Below, piece after piece: positions 1 to 9,614 of a DNA stretch of 64,000 nt. The stretch's first letter is position 1. Each line of letters begins with the position of its first letter. The position numbers and the translations under genes were made by a program. The stretch lies in the NCBI GenBank assembly GCA_963977015.1, contig CAXBMO010000008.1, positions 186,329 through 250,328 on the forward strand. Direction: 5' to 3'. This stretch comes from an uncultured bacterium (GTDB lineage Bacteria; Verrucomicrobiota; Verrucomicrobiia; Verrucomicrobiales; DEV007). Below the pieces are notes generated by a model that was given only the letters and a program-made list of their open reading frames with translations, was not told where the DNA came from and did no database searches.

Positions 1-297
1 TTCCAAGGGGTTTACAAGCGCTACAACTTCGGTGGTTCCCCTGCCTCTCACGGCTGTATGATGCATCGCCGTCCCGGTGGTATCGGTTGTGGAACGGATC
101 CAGGCCGCGTTTGGAAGAACAAGGAGATGCCTGGTCGTCACGGTAACTACAAGAAGACGATCCAGAATTTGAAAGTGGTCCAGACCCGCCCTGAGGACAA
201 AGTGATCCTCATCAGTGGTGCGGTCCCGGGCGCGAAGGGTGGATACTTGGTGATTCGCCCGGCAATCAAGAAACCTCTTCCCGAAAAGAAAGGCTAA
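1..297 (+). CDS. rplC: 50S ribosomal protein L3 (5'-truncated by window edge)
   Basis: Frame open from base 1: FQGVYKRYNFGG..SHG..HRRPGGIG..PGRVWK.K.MPG and C-terminal GAVPG motif; first gene before rplD. Confidence 0.97.
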   Translation, partial: FQGVYKRYNFGGSPASHGCMMHRRPGGIGCGTDPGRVWKNKEMPGRHGNYKKTIQNLKVVQTRPEDKVILISGAVPGAKGGYLVIRPAIKKPLPEKKG

Positions 298-300
298 CCC

Positions 301-936
301 ATGGCTAACGATTTCCAAATTTCAGACGCCCAAAAGGCGAATATCGTGACGATCGAGGATGATCGCGGCAACCAGGCCGTTCATGACCTCATCACCGCTT
401 ATCGTGCCAATCGGCGCAGTGGCACGGCTCACACCAAAACGCGTGGTGAAGTCAGTGCGACGGGTAAGAAGCCATTCCGCCAGAAAGGAACCGGTCGTGC
501 ACGTCAGGGTGGTAACGCCTCTCCCATCCATCGTGGTGGTGGAATCGTTTTCGGTCCCCGCAACACGAAAGACTATTCTAAGACTGTCCCGAAAGGTGTT
601 CGCAAGCTTGCCTTTGCCAAGGCGCTTACGGAGCGGATCAAGGATGGCGACGTTCTTCTCGTCGATAGCATTACGGTGAGTAGCGGGAAGACGAAGGACT
701 TCGTTGCTGAAATCAAGAAGCAGGTGGAAGCCCGCAAGACCTTGATTGTCGGTAAGTTTGACGAAGCCACCTTCCGTTCGGCTCGCAATGTGCAGAACGT
801 TCTGCTGATGTCCGCCGAAGAATTGAATGTCGAGCATCTTCTCTACCACGACAAGATCGTGCTGACGAAGGGCTCGCTCGAGGTCCTCGCTCGCCGCACT
901 CAGGGAGTCCATTCGAAGAAAGAAGTTACTGCCTAA
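301..936 (+). CDS. rplD: 50S ribosomal protein L4
   Basis: KTRGEV..TGKKPFRQKGTGRARQG..GG.VFGP motif; S10 order. Confidence 0.98.
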   Translation: MANDFQISDAQKANIVTIEDDRGNQAVHDLITAYRANRRSGTAHTKTRGEVSATGKKPFRQKGTGRARQGGNASPIHRGGGIVFGPRNTKDYSKTVPKGVRKLAFAKALTERIKDGDVLLVDSITVSSGKTKDFVAEIKKQVEARKTLIVGKFDEATFRSARNVQNVLLMSAEELNVEHLLYHDKIVLTKGSLEVLARRTQGVHSKKEVTA

Positions 937-939
937 GCC

Positions 940-1224
940 ATGAAAGACATTTTCCAAGTCATCAAAACGATTCAGCTCAGTGAGAAAGCAACGCTTCTCA
1001 ACGAGATGAACAACGAATACGTCTTCAAGGTCGATCGCAAAGCGAACAAGCTGGAGATCAAAGAGGCGGTCGAGAAACTGTTCGGCAAAAAAGTCGTGAC
1101 GGTAAGGACTGCCAATTACCAAGGGAAGAAAAAGCGCGAGCGTCGCCAGGATTTTGGTCGCACCGCGCATTGGAAGAAAGCCATCGTGAAACTCGCGGAT
1201 GGCGAAACCATTGATCTTGTTTAA
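940..1224 (+). CDS. rplW: 50S ribosomal protein L23
   Basis: SEKA..Y.FKV...[20 protein letters not shown]. Confidence 0.98.
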   Translation: MKDIFQVIKTIQLSEKATLLNEMNNEYVFKVDRKANKLEIKEAVEKLFGKKVVTVRTANYQGKKKRERRQDFGRTAHWKKAIVKLADGETIDLV

Positions 1225-1244
1225 CCCACCAATTTTCTAGACAC

Positions 1245-2087
1245 ATGCCGCTCAAAAAATATCGCCCGGTAACGCCGTCGAGCCGCTACAAGTACCTCCC
1301 CGACTTCTCGGAATTGACCAAGAAGAAGCCGGAGAAGAACTTGACGAGTTCCCTGAAAAAGTCTGCCGGCCGCAACAACTCGGGTCGGATTACCTGCCGT
1401 CACCGTGGAGGTGGGCACAAGCGCAAGTATCGTCTGATCGACTTCAAGCGTGCTCGTCATGGTGAAGTCGCGAAAGTGATCGCGATCGAGTATGATCCCA
1501 ATCGTACCGCACGCATTGCCTTGATCGAGTATGAGGATGGCCAGAAGAGCTACATCCTTGCGCCCGCCAAACTCAAGGTTGGTGCCAAGGTTCAGTCCGG
1601 TGAAAATGCCCCGCCAGAAGTCGGCAACGCGCTTCCACTCGACAAGATTCCGCCATCCACCTCGATTCATAACATCGAGTTGACGATTGGTCGCGGTGGT
1701 CAGCTTGCCCGCGGTGCGGGTCAGGCCGGAACGCTTACCAACAGTGACGGTGAATACGCCCTCGTGAAGCTTCCTTCCGGGGAGATTCGCAAGATCAACG
1801 CGCGTTGCTACGCCACGATTGGTGTCGTCGGAAATATTGAGCACATGAATGAGGTTAGCGCGAAAGCTGGCCGGACCCGCTGGAAGGGCGTTCGCCCGAC
1901 CGTGCGCGGAATGTGTATGAACCCGGTCGATCACCCCAATGGTGGTGGTGAGGGTAAAAGTAAGTCAGGCGGTGGTCGCCAGCACTTGAAGAGCCCATGG
2001 GGCCACGTCAAGGGGCAGAAGACCCGCAAGAAGCATAAGCCGAGCGATAAGTTCATCGTGCAACGTCGCAAATCGAAGAAGAAGTAA
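1245..2087 (+). CDS. rplB: 50S ribosomal protein L2
   Basis: [35 protein letters not shown]. Confidence 0.99.
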   Translation: MPLKKYRPVTPSSRYKYLPDFSELTKKKPEKNLTSSLKKSAGRNNSGRITCRHRGGGHKRKYRLIDFKRARHGEVAKVIAIEYDPNRTARIALIEYEDGQKSYILAPAKLKVGAKVQSGENAPPEVGNALPLDKIPPSTSIHNIELTIGRGGQLARGAGQAGTLTNSDGEYALVKLPSGEIRKINARCYATIGVVGNIEHMNEVSAKAGRTRWKGVRPTVRGMCMNPVDHPNGGGEGKSKSGGGRQHLKSPWGHVKGQKTRKKHKPSDKFIVQRRKSKKK

Positions 2088-2108
2088 TTTTAAACCTGTC
2101 CAAACGTT

Positions 2109-2390
2109 ATGGGAAGATCACTCAAAAAAGGTCCATTCGTCGATGTCAAGCTTCTCGATAAGATTGACGCTATGAATGAGTCCGGAAAGAAGCGGCCGAT
2201 TAAAACCTGGTCACGCCGGTCCATGGTAACTCCAGATTTTGTGGGGCATACCTTCATGGTTCACAATGGAAAAGACTTCATCTCCGTGTTCGTTTCGGAG
2301 AACATGGTCGGTCATAAGCTTGGTGAATTCGCTCCGACCCGGTCCTTCAGATCGCACAGCGGACACAATCCTAAGATCAAGGGGGGCTAA
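2109..2390 (+). CDS. rpsS: 30S ribosomal protein S19
   Basis: [28 protein letters not shown]. Confidence 0.99.
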   Translation: MGRSLKKGPFVDVKLLDKIDAMNESGKKRPIKTWSRRSMVTPDFVGHTFMVHNGKDFISVFVSENMVGHKLGEFAPTRSFRSHSGHNPKIKGG

Positions 2391-2429
2391 TCGCCTCTGC
2401 GAAATCATCTGCTTTTTAAACAACACGCA

Positions 2430-3245
2430 ATGAAACACTCCATTCACAGTCAGGTTTGCAACCTTCTCGTCGTTCTCGGCGTTGGGTTGGGCATGGCATG
2501 TGGTTGGGCGCAGGATCAACCCGATCCCGTCATTGCTGGTTTGATGAAGCAGGCTGAATTGGAACTCGCGCTTGAGGCGGCGAATCGAAAGATTGAGCAA
2601 CTCGAGGCGAAGCTGGCGCTGCGGTCGGAGAAAGATATGCCGATCGAGGTGGCGCTTGCTGAATCCAATAAGGAGGCCAACGAGTTCCGGGAGTTGTATC
2701 GCGATCTACAGCTTCGGATTGAGGAACTCGGTCTTGAGACGATTCGTTCCGACAAGGCTCTCCAGGAGCGACTGATCAAAGCGGTCCGGGAGCGTCAGAT
2801 GTTTAAGGATCGCAATGATGCGGCTTACGAGCAGCTCATGAAGCTGAGCGAGGCGGTTATGGATTACGTCAAAACGGCGACCGCCGGAGATCCTTCCGCT
2901 CGACTCGCGGTCGAAGCCGAGTTGCGGGCCACGGATGAGATGTTGGGCTTTGGCGGTGCCCGCAAAGCACCCCTGGTGGATGTGGACCTCAATGATGGTC
3001 AGGTGGTGAGTTTCAAAGATGATTTGCGCCTCGCGGTGCTCAATATTGGACGCCGCAGCGGAGCCCGGGTGGGAATGCCTGTGGAGATTTTTCGGAAAGA
3101 TCGCGCGATTGGAACCGCGATGATTGTGGATGTTCGTGATGCGATTAGCGGAGCGATTGTTCAAGAGACTTTTCGGGAGGGTGATCGCGTCCAGGTGCGT
3201 GATCGCGTGAAGCCGAGAACAACGGCAAAAAACTATAATTTCTAA
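2430..3245 (+). CDS. Hypothetical exported coiled-coil protein with C-terminal small beta-barrel (FlgT-C-like)
   Basis: 271 aa ORF filling the rpsS-rplV gap; signal peptide (..GMACGWAQ), heptad-rich middle, C-terminal VLNIG..SGARVGM..EIFR..IG...IVDVR...S.A.V....V..GD pattern. Confidence 0.85.
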   Translation: MKHSIHSQVCNLLVVLGVGLGMACGWAQDQPDPVIAGLMKQAELELALEAANRKIEQLEAKLALRSEKDMPIEVALAESNKEANEFRELYRDLQLRIEELGLETIRSDKALQERLIKAVRERQMFKDRNDAAYEQLMKLSEAVMDYVKTATAGDPSARLAVEAELRATDEMLGFGGARKAPLVDVDLNDGQVVSFKDDLRLAVLNIGRRSGARVGMPVEIFRKDRAIGTAMIVDVRDAISGAIVQETFREGDRVQVRDRVKPRTTAKNYNF

Positions 3246-3259
3246 CTTCAAAACGTACG

Positions 3260-3892
3260 ATGGAAGTCAAAGCGACCTACAAATTTGCTCGAATCTCGCC
3301 GCTGAAAGCGCGCGATGTTGCTCGTGAAGTCACGGGAATGCCGGTTTCTGCGGCTCTCGATCTGATTCGATTCACCCCGAAGAAGGCTGCATTCTTGATT
3401 GGCAAGACGCTCAAATCAGCCATGGCCAATGCGGAAAACAATTTCGACCTGGCAGCTGATGATCTCGTTGTGAAGTCAGCGACAGTCACCGAAGGGCCGG
3501 TTTTCAAGCGGTGGAAGCCTCGTGCTCGTGGTGGTGCGGCTCCGATTCGCAAGCGCACTGCCCACATCAATGTCATTATCTCCAATGAGCTGGGTGAAGG
3601 CTCCGAAGCGGCTCCGGTTGCTGAAAAGGAAGCCAAGCCAGCGGCAAAGAAGACTGCGGCAAAGAAGCAGGCCAAGTCGGCTGCCGGCGGCGATGATTTG
3701 AAACTGATTAGCGGTGTTGGTCCCAAGTTGGAGCAGAAGCTTCACGAAGAGGGAATCACCACTTATGAGCAGATCCTTGCTTGGACCGAAGACGACATGG
3801 TCGATTTCGGCGAACGACTCTCCTTCAAGGACCGAATCCAGCGCGATGACTGGCAAGGCCAAGTGAAGAAACTCATCGAAGAACGCGGTTAA
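3260..3892 (+). CDS. rplV: 50S ribosomal protein L22 with C-terminal Ala/Lys linker and HhH/DUF4332-like domain
   Basis: ARISPLKAR..SAMANAENN..PRARG..IRKRTAHI, then DDLKLISGVGPKLEQKL...GITTYEQI..W..RI.RDDW.GQ. Confidence 0.97.
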   Translation: MEVKATYKFARISPLKARDVAREVTGMPVSAALDLIRFTPKKAAFLIGKTLKSAMANAENNFDLAADDLVVKSATVTEGPVFKRWKPRARGGAAPIRKRTAHINVIISNELGEGSEAAPVAEKEAKPAAKKTAAKKQAKSAAGGDDLKLISGVGPKLEQKLHEEGITTYEQILAWTEDDMVDFGERLSFKDRIQRDDWQGQVKKLIEERG

Positions 3893-3919
3893 TCCAATTT
3901 TCCAAACCTACAGACTGTC

Positions 3920-4810
3920 ATGGGACAAAAAGTAAATCCGGTCGGCTTCCGACTCGCAGTAAATAAAGACTGGGCCTCCAAATGGTATGCGCCTCCAGGA
4001 GAGTTCCCGGAGTTCCTTCATGCCGACATTGCCGTCCGCAAATATCTCAAGGAGAAGCTCGCGTTCGCAGCGGTGTCCAAGATTTTGATCGAACGTGCCT
4101 GGAACAGCGTTCGGGTCACGCTTTACACCGCTCGTCCAGGTTTGGTGATCGGTCGTAAGGGATCCGAAATTGAGCGGATGACCGACAAGATTTCAGGAAT
4201 GTGTGGCGGTCGTCAGGTCAAAATTGACATCGTTGAGATCAAGCAGCCGGAGACGGATGCACAGCTGGTTGCTGAAAGTGTTGCATTACAGTTGGAACGA
4301 CGTATCTCTTTCCGCCGCGCCATGAAGCGTTCCTTGCAAACCGCAATGGACTTTGGTGCTGAGGGAATCCGAATTCGATGCGCTGGCCGTTTGGGCGGTG
4401 CGGATATTGCCCGGGCTGAGTGGTATCGCGAAGGAAAAGTGCCTTTGCAGACCCTCCGCGTCCCGATCGACTACGGTTTTGCCGAGGCAAAAACGGTTTA
4501 TGGAATCATTGGCGTAAAATGCTGGATCAACCGCAACCCGGACTCCGAGAAATCCCGGATGGCCCGCGTGACCGGCGACAATCGCCGTGATGGTCGCGGT
4601 GGACGTCGTGATGGTCGTGGACCAGGCGGTGGCGGACGCGGCCCAGGTGGCGGCGGTCGTGGACCAGGTGGTGGTGGCGGACGCGGCCCAGGTGGTGGTG
4701 GACGTGGCCCAGGTGGCGGCGCTCCAAGCCAGTCAGCACCAGCAGCAACACCAGCTCCAGCCGAATCTACACCAGCCCCAGCTGCGACAGACACTCCAGC
4801 AGCGAGCTAA
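3920..4810 (+). CDS. rpsC: 30S ribosomal protein S3 with Gly/Arg-rich and Ala/Pro-rich C-terminal tail
   Basis: [44 protein letters not shown]. Confidence 0.99.
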   Translation: MGQKVNPVGFRLAVNKDWASKWYAPPGEFPEFLHADIAVRKYLKEKLAFAAVSKILIERAWNSVRVTLYTARPGLVIGRKGSEIERMTDKISGMCGGRQVKIDIVEIKQPETDAQLVAESVALQLERRISFRRAMKRSLQTAMDFGAEGIRIRCAGRLGGADIARAEWYREGKVPLQTLRVPIDYGFAEAKTVYGIIGVKCWINRNPDSEKSRMARVTGDNRRDGRGGRRDGRGPGGGGRGPGGGGRGPGGGGGRGPGGGGRGPGGGAPSQSAPAATPAPAESTPAPAATDTPAAS

Positions 4811-4848
4811 TTTTCTAACCCAGTTTTAATCCTAACTCTTCTCAGATC

Positions 4849-5256
4849 ATGGCGTTGATGCCCCGAAAAGTAAAGTATCGCAAGACCCAGCGCGGAAACC
4901 GTGGTGGAACTGCTCAGCGTGGAACCCGAGTTTCGTTCGGTGACTACGGCCTGCAGTCTTTGGGACGCGAGTGGATTACCAACAATCAAATCGAGGCCTG
5001 CCGGATTTCGATCAACCGTTACCTCAAGCGTAAGGGTAAAGTCTGGATCCGGATCTTTCCTCACAAGCCCGTTACCGGTCGTCCGCCCGAAACCCGGATG
5101 GGTAAAGGTAAAGGTGCTGTTGAGAAGTGGGTCGCGGTGGTGAAGCCGGGAACCATGCTTTTCGAAATCGCAGGTGTTCCTGAGAGCCAGGCTCGTGAAG
5201 CCATGCGATTGGCTGCCAACAAATTGGGAATCAAAACCCGCTTCGTGGTGCGCTAA
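4849..5256 (+). CDS. rplP: 50S ribosomal protein L16
   Basis: [18 protein letters not shown]. Confidence 0.99.
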   Translation: MALMPRKVKYRKTQRGNRGGTAQRGTRVSFGDYGLQSLGREWITNNQIEACRISINRYLKRKGKVWIRIFPHKPVTGRPPETRMGKGKGAVEKWVAVVKPGTMLFEIAGVPESQAREAMRLAANKLGIKTRFVVR

Positions 5257-5289
5257 GCCCGAACTTGGAACCTGAACGAACTTGATACG

Positions 5290-5532
5290 ATGAATCCGAT
5301 CAAAGAACTGCGAGAGCTTACCACTGAAGAGCTGATTAATCAGCGACGTGACCTGAAGCATGAGGTGCTGAATTTGCGCGTGCAGCAGCAGAGTGGCCAG
5401 CTTGAGAACACGGCCCTGTTGCGGAACAACCGCCGCAGAGTTTCCAAGATTGAAACCATTATGACGGAGCGCCGCCGAAAAGCTGAGATGGAAGCTGCTG
5501 CGAAACCTGCAGAAGCGGCTCCATCCGAATAA
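5290..5532 (+). CDS. rpmC: 50S ribosomal protein L29
   Basis: ELRELTTEEL..LNLR.Q..SGQLEN; position after rplP. Confidence 0.95.
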   Translation: MNPIKELRELTTEELINQRRDLKHEVLNLRVQQQSGQLENTALLRNNRRRVSKIETIMTERRRKAEMEAAAKPAEAAPSE

Positions 5533-5559
5533 CCTGAATTTGTTACCTGATTTTTACTG

Positions 5560-5844
5560 ATGAGCGAAGAAACCAAGACCGCCGAAGGAACTGAGGCCAA
5601 GCGTCACCTGCGGAAAACCCGTGTGGGGAAGGTCATCTCCAACAAAATGGATAAGACCATTGTTGTGGAGGTTGAGCGCCGTGTGCCGCACCCGAAGTTC
5701 AAGAAGATCATCAAGCGCTCGAGCAAGTTCTACGTCCACGACGAAGAGAACAAAGCTGCTCTCGGCGACAAGGTGTCAATCATTGAGTGCCGTCCTCTGA
5801 GCAAGAGTAAGCGCTGGCTTCTCCAGGAGATTCTCGCTCACTAA
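5560..5844 (+). CDS. rpsQ: 30S ribosomal protein S17
   Basis: [27 protein letters not shown]. Confidence 0.98.
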   Translation: MSEETKTAEGTEAKRHLRKTRVGKVISNKMDKTIVVEVERRVPHPKFKKIIKRSSKFYVHDEENKAALGDKVSIIECRPLSKSKRWLLQEILAH

Positions 5845-5901
5845 AGATCGCCTGACTGCGTATCCCTGTATTAACCCATTTAACCTGAAAGACTTTCTGC
5901 C

Positions 5902-6267
5902 ATGATCCAGATGGAATCAAAGCTCGATGTTGCCGACAATACCGGTGCCCGAGTCTGCAAAATGATTACCGTGCTCGGTAAACGCAGTCGCCAAGCGAGT
6001 GTTGGTGACATCATTACCGTGCACATTCGTGAGAGCACGCCGACTGCCAACGTCAAGAAAGGCGAAGTGGCCAAGGCGGTTGTGGTCCGGACGAAGGCGC
6101 CGATCCGTCGCGCTGACGGTTCCGTTCTTCGCTTCGACAACAATGCCGTTGTGATTATTGACAACAATAAAGAGCCTCGCGGAACCCGTATTTTTGGACC
6201 GGTTGCTCGCGAACTCCGCGATCGCAACTTCATGAAAATCGTGAGTTTGGCACCCGAAGTTTTGTAA
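5902..6267 (+). CDS. rplN: 50S ribosomal protein L14
   Basis: [36 protein letters not shown]. Confidence 0.99.
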   Translation: MIQMESKLDVADNTGARVCKMITVLGKRSRQASVGDIITVHIRESTPTANVKKGEVAKAVVVRTKAPIRRADGSVLRFDNNAVVIIDNNKEPRGTRIFGPVARELRDRNFMKIVSLAPEVL

Positions 6268-6272
6268 GACCG

Positions 6273-6515
6273 ATGAAGCGTAACCGAATCAAGACCCACG
6301 TCAAAAAAGGCGACCAAGTCGAAGTCATCGCCGGCAACCATAAAGGATCGTCCGGTGCTGTATTGCAGGTTTTCCCTGCGAAAAAACAAGTGATCGTCGA
6401 AGGCGTCCGCATGATTAAGAAGCATGCGAAGCGCACGCAAGATCGTCCCGATGGTGGCATTATCGAGCGCGAAGGTCCCATCCATATTTCCAACGTGAAG
6501 TTGGCCTCCAGTTAA
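6273..6515 (+). CDS. rplX: 50S ribosomal protein L24 (short, 80 aa)
   Basis: KOW motif [26 protein letters not shown]. Confidence 0.97.
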   Translation: MKRNRIKTHVKKGDQVEVIAGNHKGSSGAVLQVFPAKKQVIVEGVRMIKKHAKRTQDRPDGGIIEREGPIHISNVKLASS

Positions 6516-6538
6516 ACGAATTTTTACCAAGTAGACCG

Positions 6539-7126
6539 ATGGAAGAACCGGCACTGAGAACGCACTACCGAGAGAATGTCATTCCTGCTCTGAGAGAGAA
6601 GCAGGGATACAAGAATATCATGCAGGTCCCCAAGATCCTGAAAGTCACGCTGAACAGTGGCATCGGGAAGGCGGATGACCGCAAAGCCGCTGCCGAAGAG
6701 GTGTCGCGCGAAATCGGATTAATTACGGGTCAAAAGCCAGTGGTTACCCGTGCCAAGAACGCGATTTCGAACTTCAAGTTGCGTGCCGGTGAACCCGTCG
6801 GTGTCAAGGTGACGCTGCGCGGTCGCCAGATGTATGAATTTCTGGAGCGCTTCATGAAGATTGCGATTCCTACGATTCGTGACTTTCGCGGGGTTTCGTT
6901 GAAGGCGTTCGACGGACGCGGCAACTATACCCTCGGCATCCAGGACCAGACCATTTTCCCTGAGATTGAACTGGAAAAGGTGAAGCGGACGACCGGGTTC
7001 GACATCTCCATTGTGACCAGTGCAAACACGGACGACGAAGCTCGTGAACTGCTGACGTTGATGGGAATGCCTTTCCGCAAGCCTGCTACCAAAGAGAGTG
7101 ACGCGGGCGCCGAACAAGCCGCCTGA
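6539..7126 (+). CDS. rplE: 50S ribosomal protein L5
   Basis: ITGQKP, FKLR.G, VTLRG..MYEFL, FDGRGNYTLG, IFPEI. Confidence 0.99.
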   Translation: MEEPALRTHYRENVIPALREKQGYKNIMQVPKILKVTLNSGIGKADDRKAAAEEVSREIGLITGQKPVVTRAKNAISNFKLRAGEPVGVKVTLRGRQMYEFLERFMKIAIPTIRDFRGVSLKAFDGRGNYTLGIQDQTIFPEIELEKVKRTTGFDISIVTSANTDDEARELLTLMGMPFRKPATKESDAGAEQAA

Positions 7127-7149
7127 TCTGGAATTTAGAACGAACGACA

Positions 7150-7548
7150 ATGAGCAACTTAAGTGATCCCATTTCCGACTTTTTGACGCGTTTCAAGAAC
7201 GCGAGCATGGCTCGGAAAGATGAATTCCTCTCTCCCTACTCCAAGATCAAAGTGGAGATTGCCCGCATTTTGCAGGAGGAAGGCTACCTCTGGTCCTACG
7301 AAGTAGTGACGGAGGGCAAGTTTCCCGAAATCAAATGTAAGGCCAAGTACGTCGATAATACGCCGGTGCTGACCGATCTGAAGCGGGTTAGCCGTCCAGG
7401 GCGACGCAATTACAAAGGCTCGGAAGAGATCCCCCAGGTCATCGCTGGCATGGGAATCACGATTCTATCGACCTCCAAAGGAATTATGACCGGCCATAAG
7501 GCCAAAAAGGAAAACATTGGCGGCGAAGTGCTGGCCATGGTTTGGTAA
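7150..7548 (+). CDS. rpsH: 30S ribosomal protein S8
   Basis: DPISDFLTR, RVSRPGRR.Y, STSKGIMT, GGEVL..VW. Confidence 0.98.
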   Translation: MSNLSDPISDFLTRFKNASMARKDEFLSPYSKIKVEIARILQEEGYLWSYEVVTEGKFPEIKCKAKYVDNTPVLTDLKRVSRPGRRNYKGSEEIPQVIAGMGITILSTSKGIMTGHKAKKENIGGEVLAMVW

Positions 7549-7575
7549 CCGACTCACCCCGAATTTTTAAGAACG

Positions 7576-8115
7576 ATGTCACGTATTGGAAGACTTCCCG
7601 TCGCGATCCCCGATAAGGTGGAGATCAAAGTCAGCGACTCAGGTTCACTCACGGTCAAAGGACCAAAGGGTGAGCTCACCTATGATTTGCCAGCTGGACT
7701 TGAGGTCGAGCAGAAGGATGGCCAACTGGTTTTCAGCCGCATCAATGAGCGGCGTGAAAACAAGGCGCTTCACGGCACGGCCCGCTCCATTGTTTCCAAT
7801 ATGGTCCAAGGAGTCACCGAAGGTTTCGTTAAGGAACTGGAGATTATTGGGGTCGGTTATCGTGCTGCTGTGAAAGGTAATAGCCTGGATCTGCAGCTTG
7901 GGTTTTCGCATCCCGTCTCTCACCCGATTCCCGACGGATTGACGGTGACCGTGCAGGAAAACACCAAGCTCAAGGTCGAGGGAATCGACAAGCAGGTGGT
8001 GGGTCAGTTTTCCGCCGAAGTTCGCTCCTATCGACCACCAGAACCTTACAAAGGAAAAGGCGTTCGCTACACCGATGAATACGTGCGCCGCAAAGCCGGT
8101 AAGAGCGTCAAGTAA
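7576..8115 (+). CDS. rplF: 50S ribosomal protein L6
   Basis: MSRIG, KGPKGEL, LGFSHPV, PEPYKGKGVRY. Confidence 0.99.
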   Translation: MSRIGRLPVAIPDKVEIKVSDSGSLTVKGPKGELTYDLPAGLEVEQKDGQLVFSRINERRENKALHGTARSIVSNMVQGVTEGFVKELEIIGVGYRAAVKGNSLDLQLGFSHPVSHPIPDGLTVTVQENTKLKVEGIDKQVVGQFSAEVRSYRPPEPYKGKGVRYTDEYVRRKAGKSVK

Positions 8116-8136
8116 CCCGAATATTTCCCAGATACC

Positions 8137-8493
8137 ATGCCTCATCTTAATCGCAGACAAGTTCGCCAGAAGGTGCACCGTCGCATTCGCAAAAAGATCT
8201 CCGGATCTGCGGATCGTCCCCGCCTGGCCGTCTATTTTTCGAACAAGAACGTTTACGCCCAATTGATTGACGATCAGTCCGGCAAGACTCTCGCTGCTGC
8301 GAGCACCTTGGACAAAGGAATCGGAACGCACTTGGCGAATGAAGCAACCGCCAAGCAGGTGGGTGAATTGATCGCCAGCCGAGCGAAAGAGAAGAACATC
8401 GCTTCCGTTGTTTTTGATCGCGGCGGTTTCATCTATCACGGCAAAGTGAAAGCCCTGGCCGAAGCGGCTCGCGAAGGCGGTTTGAAGTTTTAA
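8137..8493 (+). CDS. rplR: 50S ribosomal protein L18
   Basis: RPRL.V..SNK..YAQLIDD, VVFDRGG..YHGKV..LA..ARE.GL.F. Confidence 0.99.
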   Translation: MPHLNRRQVRQKVHRRIRKKISGSADRPRLAVYFSNKNVYAQLIDDQSGKTLAAASTLDKGIGTHLANEATAKQVGELIASRAKEKNIASVVFDRGGFIYHGKVKALAEAAREGGLKF

Positions 8494-8514
8494 TTTTTTA
8501 CAAGGATTCCCACG

Positions 8515-9060
8515 ATGGCAGACAATCGAAATCAATATCAAAATCGAGGTGGAGGCGGCGACGAGTCGTTCGACGACAAACCCGAGATCATGGAAAAAGT
8601 GGTGCACATCAATCGATGCGCCAAAGTGGTCAAAGGGGGACGTCGCTTCAGCTTCAGCGCACTGGTTGTTTCCGGTGATCGACTTGGAAAAGTCGGCTTC
8701 GGCTTTGGTAAAGCGAACGAGGTTGCGGACTGCATTCGCAAAGCGAGCGAGGCATCCAAAAAGAATATGCGTCCCATCGTGATGAAGGACAACACCATCC
8801 CTCACGAAGTGATTGGTGAGTATGGTGGTGGCCGCGTGATGCTCCGTCCTGCGAGTCCCGGAACGGGGATTATTGCTGGAGGAAGCGTCCGCGCCGTGGT
8901 TGAAGCCGCCGGTATCAAGGACGTTCTCGCCAAATCCCTTGGATCCAACAATCATGCCAACGTGGTGAAAGCGACGTTGGCAGCTCTTGAGAGCCTTCGC
9001 TCTCGCGATCAGATTTATCACCTCCGTGGCAAGAAATCTGCCAATCGGGAGGCTCTTTAA
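8515..9060 (+). CDS. rpsE: 30S ribosomal protein S5
   Basis: [42 protein letters not shown]. Confidence 0.99.
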   Translation: MADNRNQYQNRGGGGDESFDDKPEIMEKVVHINRCAKVVKGGRRFSFSALVVSGDRLGKVGFGFGKANEVADCIRKASEASKKNMRPIVMKDNTIPHEVIGEYGGGRVMLRPASPGTGIIAGGSVRAVVEAAGIKDVLAKSLGSNNHANVVKATLAALESLRSRDQIYHLRGKKSANREAL

Positions 9061-9089
9061 TCATCTATCATCCCTAAAATTTTTTAGTC

Positions 9090-9569
9090 ATGCGTTTGCA
9101 CGATCTCAAACCAAACAAAGGTGCCAAGCACCGCAAGAAGCGTGTTGGAAACGGCGAAAGCTCTGGTCTGGGTAAGACCTGTGGCCGTGGTCACAAAGGA
9201 CAGAAGTCTCGCTCTGGCGGCGGCGTTCGTCCCGGTTTCGAAGGTGGTCAGATGCCACTCGCTCGTCGTCTTCCCAAGAAGGGCTTCAACAACACCCAGT
9301 TCAAGACCAGCTACGCTGTCGTGAATGTGGATCGTCTCGAGACGATCGAAGGTGACGTCATCAACGAGGCAACGCTTCGTGAAGCAGGCATCGTCAAAGG
9401 TGTTTGGGACGGCGTAAAGATTCTGGGAAGCGGGGAACTCACGAAAAAGGTCACCGTCGAGGTCGACAAAGTGAGTGCCACTGCGAAAGCCAAGATCGAA
9501 GCTGCTGGTGGTTCCGTTAAGGAGGTCACGGCTGCGCCAAAGTCCGAGAAGTCTGAGAAAGACAGCTAA
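9090..9569 (+). CDS. rplO: 50S ribosomal protein L15
   Basis: [39 protein letters not shown]. Confidence 0.99.
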   Translation: MRLHDLKPNKGAKHRKKRVGNGESSGLGKTCGRGHKGQKSRSGGGVRPGFEGGQMPLARRLPKKGFNNTQFKTSYAVVNVDRLETIEGDVINEATLREAGIVKGVWDGVKILGSGELTKKVTVEVDKVSATAKAKIEAAGGSVKEVTAAPKSEKSEKDS

Positions 9570-9614
9570 TTTGAGCACTGGCGGTAGTTCCGCTTTTCTT
9601 CGAATTTTCCACGT

